A program made the translations under genes and the position numbers. DNA of 64,000 bases from a virus, in the IMG/VR virus record IMGVR_UViG_3300048892_000198, positions 1 to 64,000 of that record; one strand, written 5' to 3'. Every line of letters starts with the position of its first letter. Position 1 is the stretch's first letter. Below are positions 26,337 to 36,148 of the stretch, piece by piece. Under the pieces are notes generated by a model. The model worked only from the letters and a program-made list of their open reading frames with translations. It did not search any database and had not been told where the DNA came from.

Positions 26337-27158
26337 TTAAACGCCGCCAGATTTCGTGATGCAGGGCGCGATCGCCTTCTGCATCGCGATCAAATTGCTA
26401 TCAGGCATCAGAAACCCAAACACGCTCGCTTCGAAGAAGCCTACCGGGATCGGGATGGCTCGGAATACCGAGCAGCTCATGATGAAGTCCTCGCTCGAGT
26501 GCAAGATCCAGGGAGCCGGCACATGGAGCAGCCCCTGGCGGAAGTGGCGCTGCGGCATGAGGCTGAGGCCGAATGACGGCGACTGCACGCTCGAGGCACG
26601 GGCGGCGGCAAAATCATCGTCCGTCGCCGATCCCGGAGCCGAAGCCGACGGGATGCCGAGGTTCGGCATCGACTGATAGGCGGGCGAAGATGCGTTGGCG
26701 GGCGGCAGGGGATTGAGCTCGTAGTGGTAGTTGCCCTGGCGATTGGCGTTGGCCTTGATGTCCCAGCCGACTTGCGTGGAGAGGCGATTGTCCTCGAGCT
26801 CGACGAAGTCTCCGGCGGCGCTCCCGCTCGGCCTGTAGATCGCAAAGCGCGTGTCGAGTACGACGAAGCCCATCGTCTCAGGCACGTGCACGAAGCCCAT
26901 CTCGAACTCGCACTGCTGGCTCGGCGTCGCAGTGAAGATTCCGTCGATCGGCAGCCGTCGAAACACCGCCTCGAACGGCACGATCGATTCGGGGATGAGG
27001 TAGCTACTAAGCTGGCCTCCGGCGAGCATCACGCGATCGGTTGCGCACGCCGTGATGACGCCGCCATTGAGGCTCGGCTGCCCGAACAATGCTGGATTCG
27101 CGCGCCCGAGCGCGGCGAAGCCCGCTTGCTGCTGGGGGTTGAACAGAGGCTGATCCAT
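26337..27158 (-). CDS. Putative single-jelly-roll capsid-like protein 3 (minor capsid or penton)
   Basis: Beta pattern FEMGFVHVPETMGFVV, VGWDIKAN, PWILHSSEDFIMSC and terminal ASVFGFLMP; third of a tandem trio; fold is an inference. Confidence 0.5.
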   Translation of the reverse strand: MDQPLFNPQQQAGFAALGRANPALFGQPSLNGGVITACATDRVMLAGGQLSSYLIPESIVPFEAVFRRLPIDGIFTATPSQQCEFEMGFVHVPETMGFVVLDTRFAIYRPSGSAAGDFVELEDNRLSTQVGWDIKANANRQGNYHYELNPLPPANASSPAYQSMPNLGIPSASAPGSATDDDFAAARASSVQSPSFGLSLMPQRHFRQGLLHVPAPWILHSSEDFIMSCSVFRAIPIPVGFFEASVFGFLMPDSNLIAMQKAIAPCITKSGGV

Positions 27159-27170
27159 GCCTCTATCCTA

Positions 27171-28121
27171 TCAGTAAGGGCCGCTACCCGCAGGCTGCAC
27201 GATGCGATACCCGTGGTAGCCGATGTAGAGGATGCCGTTTGGGAGGCGGGTGATGGGATCGGTCGTGCCGGCGTCGGTCGAGACCTGATCGTTGATGCCT
27301 TCGATGTAGTCCCAACCCGAGGCCAAAAACGGGAAGTTGGCGTTGGCCGACGCGAACGACTGGATGTTGCCGTAGTCGGGGTTGTTGATGTGGGTCGGCT
27401 GCACCTCGAACGTCAGCTGCTCGCCGCGCTCGAATACGTCGAGGGCTCCGAGCTCGAAGGGGCTGTTGACCTGATCGGTCCAGAAGGCCGAGGGGACTTC
27501 GATGTTCGAGCGGGGGAAGGAAGAGCCGGCGTTCAGGAATTTGACCGTGTAGTCGGCTTGCATCGAGCGGAAGGGCGAGCCGTTCGAGGGGGAGAGGATG
27601 TGGGGTGCGCCGGTGCCGGGGAAGGCGAGACCGGACTGAGCCACCTGCTGGCGCGGCATGCCGTCCATGAGATCCCAGGTCGAATGGATCGGACGATAGC
27701 GACCATAGGATCGACCGAAGAAGGTCGCCTTGGCGCCCGTCACCGGATCGATGCGCTGCAGCTGGTACTGACTCAGGAAGATCGCCATGCGGCTCACGGC
27801 CACGAAGGGGCCTTCCTGGCTGATGAGGATCGATCCCTGCTGCTGCGAGTTGACGTTGGCGCCGATCGGGATCCTCACGAGCAAATCGAAGGGCACCCGG
27901 CGACCAGGGATATTTTCGATGTACTGGATGTTCGGGGGGTTGTTGGCGCCCGACCGATTGACGGTGAAGTTTTTCTGGATGTCATCCAGGCGCTTGTTGA
28001 CCTGCTCGAAGGCCTGCGAGTGGCCTTGGGCAACAGCGAGAGCTTGCTGGGCCGTGGCGCTCGCTTCTCGAGCGGTGCCGGCGGCGTAAGCGATCTGACG
28101 GGGGTCGATATTCTGAGTCAT
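27171..28121 (-). CDS. Putative single-jelly-roll capsid protein 2
   Basis: VPFDLLV, ISQEGPFVAV, YTVKFLNAGS...SNIEVP, PFELGALDVFERGEQLTFEV and terminal LYIGYHGYRI; fold is an inference. Confidence 0.55.
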   Translation of the reverse strand: MTQNIDPRQIAYAAGTAREASATAQQALAVAQGHSQAFEQVNKRLDDIQKNFTVNRSGANNPPNIQYIENIPGRRVPFDLLVRIPIGANVNSQQQGSILISQEGPFVAVSRMAIFLSQYQLQRIDPVTGAKATFFGRSYGRYRPIHSTWDLMDGMPRQQVAQSGLAFPGTGAPHILSPSNGSPFRSMQADYTVKFLNAGSSFPRSNIEVPSAFWTDQVNSPFELGALDVFERGEQLTFEVQPTHINNPDYGNIQSFASANANFPFLASGWDYIEGINDQVSTDAGTTDPITRLPNGILYIGYHGYRIVQPAGSGPY

Positions 28122-28301
28122 GAATCAGTGCCTTCAGCGGGGATCCCGCGTGAAGTACCTCGCTAAAGGAGCGAGTGCCTGTCGAAGCGGTAAAGACAGG
28201 CGCCCGGGTCTCCCCAGGCGCCACGGTCTCGATCTCCAAGGTGAGCTCCCTCAAGCGCCGTCCGCACGGATGCGGAAAGCTCGGGCGCTCACCCCAAAGG
28301 C

Positions 28302-29054
28302 TTACTGAACGTCTCGGCTGAAGAGCCCATCGAACGTGAACGTCACGACCTTGTTGATCGCGTCGATCGCGTTCAGGTTGTCGCGTAGGCTCAGCAGGCT
28401 GCGCTGGCCCTGGCTCGTCCCGGCGATGTTCGTGTTGGGATCTCCGGGCAAGGCGTAGATGTTCGCCGTGCACTTGATGTTCTGGCGCGGGGGGATCAAG
28501 ATCGCGCGGGCGAGCCGCAAGATGCCCGAGTGACCATCCGTGCCGGAGTTCTGCATGTGGATGAGGTCGGTCGCGCCGCCGAGCTGAGCCGAGAGGCCGC
28601 CGCCCGTCGGGAAGTACCAGGTCGGCATGTTGGTGATCGAGAACTTCTCGCCGGTGCCGAAGCTCCAGTGAAGTTGCTCCTCGGTCTGCCAATGCAGCCG
28701 AAACACGTCTTCGATCTGGCCTGGAGCTTGGCCCACGGCCGCTCCCGACCCAGTCCAGAGCGCCAAGTTGCCGTAGTCGCCGTTCAGGGCGAGCTCGCCA
28801 TCGACGCCCGCAACGCGCAGGATGCTGTTCCGGTACCAGGAGAACACCCGCAGCGCCAAGACGACGTGCGACTGATCGGAGGGCAGCGTGCTGCCGTTCT
28901 GGAGGTTGGTGGTGGCAGGGGTCCGGACGGTGCCCGACCCGCCGAAGAGATCGGTCGTGTCGCCGACCGTACCCTGGCTGTAGCCAGGCGTGCGGATCAG
29001 GGTATCCCAGAAGGGTTGGTGCACGCGCTCACGAATGGAAACGACTTTGGCCAT
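28302..29054 (-). CDS. Putative major capsid protein (single jelly roll)
   Basis: QPFWDT...TNLQNGSTLP...VLALRV, IPPRQNIKC and terminal VTFTFDGLFSRDVQ; strong AAGGAAG RBS, structured UTRs and position after the core protein; fold is an inference. Confidence 0.65.
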   Translation of the reverse strand: MAKVVSIRERVHQPFWDTLIRTPGYSQGTVGDTTDLFGGSGTVRTPATTNLQNGSTLPSDQSHVVLALRVFSWYRNSILRVAGVDGELALNGDYGNLALWTGSGAAVGQAPGQIEDVFRLHWQTEEQLHWSFGTGEKFSITNMPTWYFPTGGGLSAQLGGATDLIHMQNSGTDGHSGILRLARAILIPPRQNIKCTANIYALPGDPNTNIAGTSQGQRSLLSLRDNLNAIDAINKVVTFTFDGLFSRDVQ

Positions 29055-29203
29055 GATGGTACTTCTTCCTTAGCGGGTCTTTACGATGATTATGAGAGGC
29101 TCGGTTCCTCTTTGGACCCAGCAATACTTCGAGCCCAGGGCCTCGGTTTTCCGAGACCTCCTGGGCCGAAGCACTCACCCTTGCGGGTTACTGTTCGTTC
29201 ACC

Positions 29204-31357
29204 TCAACCGAACACGCCCTGACCGCCATCGGTCTGCAGGATGCCGGCCGGCACCATCTCGGTCGCACTTTGCGGATTGGAGATGCCGCGGGTACCCGCC
29301 CAGAGCTGCCCGTTGGCAGAGCCTGGGATCCAGGTCGAGGCCGAGGGCACCGTCGAGATGGCCCCGAAGCCCGCGGAGGCCTCGTAGCTCGGGAGAGCCC
29401 CGACGCCGGCTGCCGCTTCCGCGATGGTCAACTCGCGGTCGAGATCGCCGTGCGGATCGATGTGGTTGGTGTTCGCGAGCTCTCGCGCTCCCATGCCCGC
29501 CGCCGCTTCCTGGAAGTCGGGGTTGGCACCGTAGCCGGCCGCTGCCTCGTAGGCAGGGAGACCGAGTCCGGACACGCCGTTGTTCGAGAAGTACTCGCCC
29601 AGGCCCGAGACGCCGGAGTCGAAGTACTCGCCGAGACCATTGACGCCCGAGCTGAAGTATTCACCCATCGGACGACCGATGGAAGAATACCGAGGCTGCA
29701 GGCTGGTGCCAGCGCCGAGGCCGTACATCGCGCTCAAGCGCGCTGCCGTGCCGTCGTCACCGCTCAGCATGTCCGAGTACTGCGGCACGAACTTCGTCAC
29801 GAGCGCCGACAAGAACGTGTGCGCGAAGCTCACGGCGATGCCGGTCATGACGGTGTTGCGCGTGCCCGCGTCCTTGATGAGCTTCGCCGAAGCGAAGACA
29901 CCGAGGCCTGCGACCAGGAAGGAGGCGCCGATCTTCTGGTAGGACGGATCGAGATTGATCAGACCGAGACCAGAAGTAGCGGGCGCCACGACCGCTGCAG
30001 TCGTCGGGCTCGTCGCGACGACGACTGCCGGCGCTCCGAAGATCCTCCCGAACACCTGCTTCAGTACGAGGTTGGTGATGACCTTGTGAGCGACCAAACC
30101 CGTCAGGGCAATGCCGCCCGTCTTCAGCACGAACATCACCGGCTCGAGGATGCCGTTCTTCCGGAACATCCGGCTGCCGTTGCGGCGATGCCGACGACGG
30201 CTGGAGCGGTTCCGACGATGCCCACGACGCCGACGGTTCGAGCTCATGCGCGCCCGGCTTCGGCTGCGACGCCGACGCGGGTTTGCACTCAGCCGCCGAC
30301 TCGAGCGCCGACGACGGCGACCGTTGGCGGTGAGCTTTCGCTTGGCCCGACGCCGACGACGCTTCGGTGCGCCGCCTTTGGCCAGAGCCCGACGACGGCG
30401 ACGAGCCGCAACGGCCGATTTCTTCATCGACAGCTTGCGCTTGCCCCGACGACGGGTCACGCGCTTCTTGGCGGACCGACGACGACGCTTCGGCGCTGCT
30501 GCGGAGGCCTTGCGGCTCTTCCGACGCTTTCGCTTCGGAGCTTTACCCGAGGCGCGGCGCGTACGCCAGCCCTTACGAGCTCCCTTGCTCGTGCCGTAGT
30601 TGCGCTTCAGCCGACGACGGCGGCGATTGGCTTTGAGCGTGACCTTCCGCGCGCGCCGACGTTTCCGCTTCGGAGCGGCAGTGCGCTTCGCAACTCGGCG
30701 ACGCTTCTTGGTCGTGCGGCGTTTGGCAACGCGACGGCGCTTGACGGGCTTGCGCGCGGCGCTCTTCTTTCGGCGACGAACTTTACGAGCCATGGGCTTC
30801 TTCCTTGTTGCTTTCTTGGGCGCCGCACGGCGCCGGGACTTCGGTTTCGCGGCCTTGCGCACGGCCTTCGCCTTGCGCTTCCGCTTTCGGGGCTTAGCCG
30901 GGCCCCAAGGATCTCGGTGACGACTGGCGGCGCGCTCCCAGATCCGCTCTTGCGCGGGGGACACGTCGTTGCGCTTCATGGAACGAGCGCGCTTCGCGGC
31001 GCCGTAACTCTTGTACGTTTTGACCCGTCGCTTGCCGCCGACGTAGCTCACTTCACGGACGGGGCCGCCGCCTTTGCGCCAAGCGCGCAGGCTGTTCTTG
31101 CCCTTGGCCGCTCGCATCTTCTGCGCGAAGGCGGACTTCTTGGCAGCGCTGAGACTCGAGCGCGCCGCGGCGGGGCGGCGATTGGCGCTGAGACCGCTCA
31201 TCGTCCGGCGGGCAGAGCGGTAGCTGCCGCGGCCATTGATGGCGGCGATGTGGGTAACGGAACCGTTCCGCTTGAGGGCGCGCTTCTTCGGCGGGCTAAC
31301 GTAGCCGTACGCCTTTACAGCGTTCTTTTTGATGCGGTATGCGCGCCCAATAGCCAT
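29204..31357 (-). CDS. Protamine/histone-H1-like Arg/Lys-rich core protein with hydrophobic segment and GLG-repeat tail, 717 aa
   Basis: About 400 aa of K/R runs punctuated by xxxN motifs; hydrophobic helices; (G)xGEYF x3 and EAxAGxGA x4. Confidence 0.85.
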   Translation of the reverse strand: MAIGRAYRIKKNAVKAYGYVSPPKKRALKRNGSVTHIAAINGRGSYRSARRTMSGLSANRRPAAARSSLSAAKKSAFAQKMRAAKGKNSLRAWRKGGGPVREVSYVGGKRRVKTYKSYGAAKRARSMKRNDVSPAQERIWERAASRHRDPWGPAKPRKRKRKAKAVRKAAKPKSRRRAAPKKATRKKPMARKVRRRKKSAARKPVKRRRVAKRRTTKKRRRVAKRTAAPKRKRRRARKVTLKANRRRRRLKRNYGTSKGARKGWRTRRASGKAPKRKRRKSRKASAAAPKRRRRSAKKRVTRRRGKRKLSMKKSAVAARRRRRALAKGGAPKRRRRRAKRKLTANGRRRRRSSRRLSANPRRRRSRSRARMSSNRRRRGHRRNRSSRRRHRRNGSRMFRKNGILEPVMFVLKTGGIALTGLVAHKVITNLVLKQVFGRIFGAPAVVVATSPTTAAVVAPATSGLGLINLDPSYQKIGASFLVAGLGVFASAKLIKDAGTRNTVMTGIAVSFAHTFLSALVTKFVPQYSDMLSGDDGTAARLSAMYGLGAGTSLQPRYSSIGRPMGEYFSSGVNGLGEYFDSGVSGLGEYFSNNGVSGLGLPAYEAAAGYGANPDFQEAAAGMGARELANTNHIDPHGDLDRELTIAEAAAGVGALPSYEASAGFGAISTVPSASTWIPGSANGQLWAGTRGISNPQSATEMVPAGILQTDGGQGVFG

Positions 31358-31437
31358 TGTCAGGACAGACCTCTGCGCTCCCTTCAGAGCGCTCTAGCGG
31401 TCCTGACGAACCCGGCTAAACCGTTGCGGTGAATGGA

Positions 31438-31471
31438 AGCCTAAAAGACCTGGGGGGCTTCGTCAACTTTT
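31438..31471 (-). promoter_or_regulatory. Shared promoter motif, copy upstream of the core and capsid genes
   Basis: - strand AAAAG-TTGACG-N17-TAGGCT. Confidence 0.7.
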
Positions 31472-31530
31472 TGCCCGGTCGATCTGCTGTTTTTCTATCG
31501 AGTGCAGGATCGAGCCAAAAACAAGGGTGT

Positions 31531-31953
31531 TCAGGTACTCGAGCGGCGCACGAAAAAGTAGCCCGCGAGGCACGCCGCGCCGATGACGAAGTACCCGTTG
31601 AGCTTTGGGCGCCGCGCTTCGGCGTCGATCTTCTGGTAGTAGACGACTTTTTGTGGCTCAGCGAGCTGAGCGGCGTTCACCTGGCTCTGGTTCACGAAGA
31701 GCGAGCGCGTCCCTGTGCGTGGGAAGTTCGAGTTGTCGCCCGACGGCGGATAGGGCGCGGTCGGCAGCGGCAACCAAGCGGGGTAGAGCTTCGAGAGCGA
31801 TACGCGGTAGGCGTCGATCGATTGCTGCACCTTGGCCGCGGCTTGAGCTTGCTCCACCGCTATCGCCGACTGCGCCATGATGACAGTCTTAGGCGCGTTC
31901 GGGGTGGTCGTCGTCAGCGTCGAGGTCATGGTCGCACCCAGCATGCGTCTCAT
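31531..31953 (-). CDS. Tail-anchored membrane protein
   Basis: MRRMLGA; C-terminal TM plus RR. Confidence 0.7.
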   Translation of the reverse strand: MRRMLGATMTSTLTTTTPNAPKTVIMAQSAIAVEQAQAAAKVQQSIDAYRVSLSKLYPAWLPLPTAPYPPSGDNSNFPRTGTRSLFVNQSQVNAAQLAEPQKVVYYQKIDAEARRPKLNGYFVIGAACLAGYFFVRRSST

Positions 31954-33545
31954 GATTTTCTCTTCTTCCAGAGCGTCGCGCCGAGCAGGCCGACGCCGAG
32001 CAGCAGCATGCCGTAGTTCAGCAGGTCGGAGAGATTTTTTCCTGTCTTCTGCGCAACGACGTAACCTGCGGCGCGATCGAGCGCGGCGTTCGTGAGCTGC
32101 TGAGCGTTCGCTTTCAGGATGTCGTTGATCTTCTTTTCGGCGCCAACGGTCGCCGCAGTCTTCACGAGATCACCGACGACGGTCACGCTCAAGATCTGAA
32201 GTGCCTTCACGGCGGCTTGCTCTTGCGCAAGAGCGCTCGCCATGGAGTTCAGCCAGTTCTGCCTGGTGGTCGAGTCGAGCAGATCGACGCCGGAGGGCAC
32301 CGGGTAACTGCATTGATAATGCCGCTCGGCTTCGGGAAGCCAGATCGCGCCCCTCGCCAGAAACGCTTGCGCGTCGCGCTCGAGGCCCGTCGGCATCGTC
32401 AGGCCCGACACGATCGGGTAGGGGCAGCCGAAGTCCACGGGGCAGCCGTATGAGTAGACGTTGCTCCTCGCCGTCACGTCTTTGCCCTGCGCGGCGTCGT
32501 AGTACGTGGAGGCCTGCACCTGGTGCCCTACCACCTGCGCGCGGTTCGCTTGGGTCTCAGCGCCCGTGAAACGCCGCGTGGGCGCGTCCCACGCGTGCGA
32601 GAACGGCTGCCCAATCGGCGCGTATGTCTCGACCCCAAACCACCGAAGGTTAAACTTCCACCCGATGTTGATCTCGGCGAGCTCCCACTGAAGCTCTGTC
32701 GAGAGCAGTAGCTGATCGAAGGTCTGCCAGTAGCTCGCGCGCGCGGTCGAGCAGAGGGCATTGGCTTCTGCGACGGTCGACTTAGCCCACGAGCTCTGCG
32801 CGTTGATGCGCGATTGGATTTCTTCTGCGCCCGATGGGCCTGCGCCGAAGATCTGCCCGATGGTGCCCCCGATGTCTTTGCCGATGAGCCCACCAATGAA
32901 GGCTCCAATGGGCGCCGGGATCCCGAATGCCTGACACACGACAGCGCCCGCGATAGCGCCCGCGACGCCGCCAATGGCTTCGCACTCGGACGGACTCAGC
33001 TTCCCGTCCATGAGCGACTCGGCCGTCACCGTCAGGATCGACGAATCAAGCCCCGTCTCCATCACGAACGCCGTCGTCGCGAGGTTGACCGCGGCGGCCT
33101 TCAGATCTTTGACGTTCGTGGGCCAGTCGGTCGGGATCTGCACACCGAGATCGCTCGCGGCAACCTTCATGGCGTACTGCTCGAGTTCTTTCTGGTTGGT
33201 CGGCACGCCATTGTCGCGCGCGTAGGCGATGAGCGCCTTCTGCATCAGCGCTTCGACCTTCTTCGGATCCTTCAAGTCGCTCACCTTGAAGCCCGGGATC
33301 CCCTTGAAGTAGGCGGCGTATTTATTGTACTCGGCGATGACTGCGGCAGCGGGTGGGTAGTTCTCGAGCTGCTGCTTGGCGTAGGCGATGGCTTGCGCCT
33401 TGGCCTGATCGACGGCGGAGCTGACCGCGGCGTCGGCCTGCTTCTTGTAGTCCTGGGCGCTCGGCACTGTATCCGAGTTGCCCGGCAGATCGCTGTAGCC
33501 AAAGAGGCCGTGACGGCGACGGCGAGGCACTGCGGCGTAGGCCAT
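31950..33545 (-). CDS. Large tail-anchored virion membrane protein (entry or membrane-interaction candidate), 531 aa
   Basis: MAYAAVPRRRRHGLFG; internal glycine zipper GGVAGAIAGAVV...GAFIGGLIG; C-terminal TM plus KKRKS. Confidence 0.75.
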   Translation of the reverse strand: MAYAAVPRRRRHGLFGYSDLPGNSDTVPSAQDYKKQADAAVSSAVDQAKAQAIAYAKQQLENYPPAAAVIAEYNKYAAYFKGIPGFKVSDLKDPKKVEALMQKALIAYARDNGVPTNQKELEQYAMKVAASDLGVQIPTDWPTNVKDLKAAAVNLATTAFVMETGLDSSILTVTAESLMDGKLSPSECEAIGGVAGAIAGAVVCQAFGIPAPIGAFIGGLIGKDIGGTIGQIFGAGPSGAEEIQSRINAQSSWAKSTVAEANALCSTARASYWQTFDQLLLSTELQWELAEINIGWKFNLRWFGVETYAPIGQPFSHAWDAPTRRFTGAETQANRAQVVGHQVQASTYYDAAQGKDVTARSNVYSYGCPVDFGCPYPIVSGLTMPTGLERDAQAFLARGAIWLPEAERHYQCSYPVPSGVDLLDSTTRQNWLNSMASALAQEQAAVKALQILSVTVVGDLVKTAATVGAEKKINDILKANAQQLTNAALDRAAGYVVAQKTGKNLSDLLNYGMLLLGVGLLGATLWKKRKS

Positions 33546-34108
33546 CAGCCGACGATCCCGTCTTTTTCCACTCCCAGGATGTCGCCCGTGATGATCGCGC
33601 AGAGTTCGGTCTTCGTGTAGACGATGAGGAAGGTGTCTCCCGAGTCGGGATGCACGGCCGCTCCCACGTAAGCGCGCGCGATGTCGACCCCATAGTACTG
33701 ACCGCTCAGGACGAGCTCTTCATCGTCGTCGCACTCGGCGTACGGCTGGTACTGGAGCCCCAAGATCGGAGCCAAGACCGCGATCGCGGTCGGCATCCGC
33801 TTCGGAAGCTCGACCTCTTCGCACGGGAATGGCAAGTGCTTGCGCGTGCTGTAGTCGCGAAGGAAGCCGTCCTTGACGTAGAGCTTCTGCGGGCCTTCGG
33901 CGACGTGCTTATAGTCCTGGTAGTCGCCGCGCTTCTTCCACTTATCTGACGTGTATTGCACGGCTTCTGACTGCCCGACGCAGTAGAGCTTTTTCGGCCA
34001 CTTCCAATGGATCTTGGTCTCCTTCTCCACCTTGCGATCGACAAAGGCCTCCCGGATCCGCTTGGCGGATTCGTAGTCGGAAGCGTTGACGATCAGGCGG
34101 CGAGACAT
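33545..34108 (-). CDS. Hypothetical virion-associated protein
   Basis: MSRRLIVNA (LxxN motif); YTSDKW...YKH...VEKDGIVG. Confidence 0.7.
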   Translation of the reverse strand: MSRRLIVNASDYESAKRIREAFVDRKVEKETKIHWKWPKKLYCVGQSEAVQYTSDKWKKRGDYQDYKHVAEGPQKLYVKDGFLRDYSTRKHLPFPCEEVELPKRMPTAIAVLAPILGLQYQPYAECDDDEELVLSGQYYGVDIARAYVGAAVHPDSGDTFLIVYTKTELCAIITGDILGVEKDGIVG

Positions 34109-34114
34109 GAGGAT

Positions 34115-34513
34115 TCAGCGGCGGCGGCGGACTCTTTTGGCGCGGTCTTCAGGGTAGTACGTCTCGATGAAATCCACGAAGTCGCTCTTGGCCCGGCCAA
34201 CCATCTCGATGATCTTTTCGAGCTTGCCGAAGGTCGCCAGCCCCTTCTTATCTTCGACCGCGAGCCAGCCACCCGATCGACCGGCACGACCCACGCGACC
34301 GATCCAAGAGTACCGACGGCGGAGCTCTTGAGCCAGCACATCGAGCGCTTGGTCGGACTCGGCCGTAAACTCTTCGTCCGTCATGCTCACGCTGACCGGA
34401 GGGATCTTGATATCGAACTCGTACTCCGCGCCCTCGTCACCGATCTTCCACTTCTCATCCCAGCGACAGGACGACTCGAGCGAATGCGCAGGACCTAGTT
34501 CTCCTGGCATCAC
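34115..34513 (-). CDS. Hypothetical phage protein with acidic core and Arg-rich tail
   Basis: GRSGGWLAV motif; ends RAKRVRRRR. Confidence 0.7.
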   Translation of the reverse strand: MMPGELGPAHSLESSCRWDEKWKIGDEGAEYEFDIKIPPVSVSMTDEEFTAESDQALDVLAQELRRRYSWIGRVGRAGRSGGWLAVEDKKGLATFGKLEKIIEMVGRAKSDFVDFIETYYPEDRAKRVRRRR

Positions 34514-34839
34514 TTCCTGCCTTTCCCAAGCAGAAACCCTAAGCCCACCCCAGCGAGCACCGCGCCTACAAACTTCCAGCCTGAGGTCGTAAAATCGAGC
34601 CCGAGACCCTTGAGGCCGGATTTGTTCATGGGGGCGACCATGCCGCGCGCGAGGGGACCCGAGCCAACGAGGCGCGCGTCGCTCGGAACACTGCGCCCGA
34701 TATCGGTCGAGGCGACGCCGAGCGGACTCGTCTTCGGCAGATTCGGGACGGGCAGATCATCTCCGAGCCCGTAGCGCGTGCTCGGGCTATCGAAATAATC
34801 ATACCCGCCCGTATCCGGGCGCCATCGCGAAAAGATCAT
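34510..34839 (-). CDS. GLG-family tail-anchored protein
   Basis: YDYF, YGLGD, KGLGL; TM plus KGRK. Confidence 0.72.
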   Translation of the reverse strand: MIFSRWRPDTGGYDYFDSPSTRYGLGDDLPVPNLPKTSPLGVASTDIGRSVPSDARLVGSGPLARGMVAPMNKSGLKGLGLDFTTSGWKFVGAVLAGVGLGFLLGKGRK

Positions 34840-34854
34840 GCTGACCTTTGCCGC

Positions 34855-35373
34855 TTACTCGCCTTCCGGCGTCTCGTAGTACGTCACGAACACCCCAGTC
34901 GCGTCCGAAGTCTCGGTGCTGCGCACGAGCACGCTCGTCTCCGTATTGACGACTGCCCAGAGGCCTCCGATAGCGCTCGTCGGCTCTTCGGTGTAATTGA
35001 CGTGAAACCACCCTCCGGGGTTTACGTCGAAGCCTGGGATGACGACCGACGCTGGACCGCCTTCGACGCCGGGGGCGAGCGTGCCGATGCCCATCTGCAC
35101 GAGCGCCACAAAGCGCCCCGCCGCGGCTGACGAGCCAATGCCGTTGACTACATTGTCCATCCCGCTCGTGTCTTCGACGATGGAGATCGCCTGATTTTTC
35201 TTCAGGCGGTACATTCGATTAGAGTTCCGGACGAAGACGAGCGTCGCGTCCGGAAACATGTTGACGTTGAGACCGCGGAGCGATTGGCCGTCCGAGCCAT
35301 TGCCCAGCGCCCCCACCTTGTCGACGATCGTGATCCGATCGCCGACTCCAATGTTTCTCGGTGCACTATTCAT
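34855..35373 (-). CDS. Putative spike or vertex protein, paralog A
   Basis: RITIV...SLRGLNVNMFPD...NVVNGIGSSAAAGRFVAL, shared with 35408; GAGGAG RBS. Confidence 0.7.
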   Translation of the reverse strand: MNSAPRNIGVGDRITIVDKVGALGNGSDGQSLRGLNVNMFPDATLVFVRNSNRMYRLKKNQAISIVEDTSGMDNVVNGIGSSAAAGRFVALVQMGIGTLAPGVEGGPASVVIPGFDVNPGGWFHVNYTEEPTSAIGGLWAVVNTETSVLVRSTETSDATGVFVTYYETPEGE

Positions 35374-35407
35374 GATCGAATCTCCTCAGATCTAGCGGAC
35401 ACCTGAA

Positions 35408-35878
35408 TTAGCCGACGTAGACGACCGAGTAGGTGCCCGTGTCGGCGCCGTTGGAGCTCGTGAGGCTCACGGTGTTGGGCGCCGTGATCGTGGCGTGCAC
35501 GAAGCCCGGCGTTCCGCCCGGAGTCACGAGCGTGATGATGAAGAAGCCGTTCACGCGGCTCACGTCGAAACCGGTGATACCGGTGGCGCTGCCCGCCGTG
35601 AGCACCGCCGAGCGGAGCTGCATGAGCGCGACGAAGCGGCCGGCTTCGGCAGACGATCCGACGCCGTCGACCACGTTGTTGGCCGGCGTCGCCACGACAG
35701 CGGCGTTCACGTTTTTGCGCAGGGCGTAGAAGCGACTCGAGCTCTCCACGAAGAAGAGCGCGCCCTCGGGGAAGTTGTTGACGTTTTGGCCGGCGAGCGA
35801 GTCGCCGTCCGCGGGGGTGCCGACGGAGCTGACGATCGTGATGCGCTTGGATACCGGGGTCAGAGCTAGGTCAGTCAT
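35408..35878 (-). CDS. Putative spike or vertex protein, paralog B
   Basis: RITIV...SLAGQNVNNFPE...NVVDGVGSSAEAGRFVAL. Confidence 0.7.
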   Translation of the reverse strand: MTDLALTPVSKRITIVSSVGTPADGDSLAGQNVNNFPEGALFFVESSSRFYALRKNVNAAVVATPANNVVDGVGSSAEAGRFVALMQLRSAVLTAGSATGITGFDVSRVNGFFIITLVTPGGTPGFVHATITAPNTVSLTSSNGADTGTYSVVYVG

Positions 35879-35939
35879 GATGGTGTCTCTCTTGTCTTTG
35901 GTTGGTTGGTTAGTGGTGATCGAAGTGTAGACCGGAAGC

Positions 35940-36143
35940 CTAGCGACTGGCGCGAATTTCCTTGTGCAGCCTCACCGCGGGCAGGGCGCCGAGCAGCACA
36001 ACCGCACTCACCAATCCGCCTATCACGAACGCCGTCAGATAACCCGAGGCGCATGATTGACAAATCGTACATCCGCTTGCGTCGGTATCACCCATCGGAA
36101 TGGGCGAGGCGGCGGTGTGCATGAGGGGCATCGAGACGTACAT
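35940..36143 (-). CDS. GLG-family small membrane protein
   Basis: MYVS...PMGD; CxxCxxC; TM plus basic tail. Confidence 0.65.
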   Translation of the reverse strand: MYVSMPLMHTAASPIPMGDTDASGCTICQSCASGYLTAFVIGGLVSAVVLLGALPAVRLHKEIRASR

Positions 36144-36148
36144 GGCGG

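Noticed and set aside
29270-31432. 720-aa + strand ORF, and similar long antisense ORFs such as 26724-28166, 44308-45459 and 53884-54903
   Set aside because: Shadow ORFs of high-GC - strand genes that have RBSs, coupling and recognisable motifs
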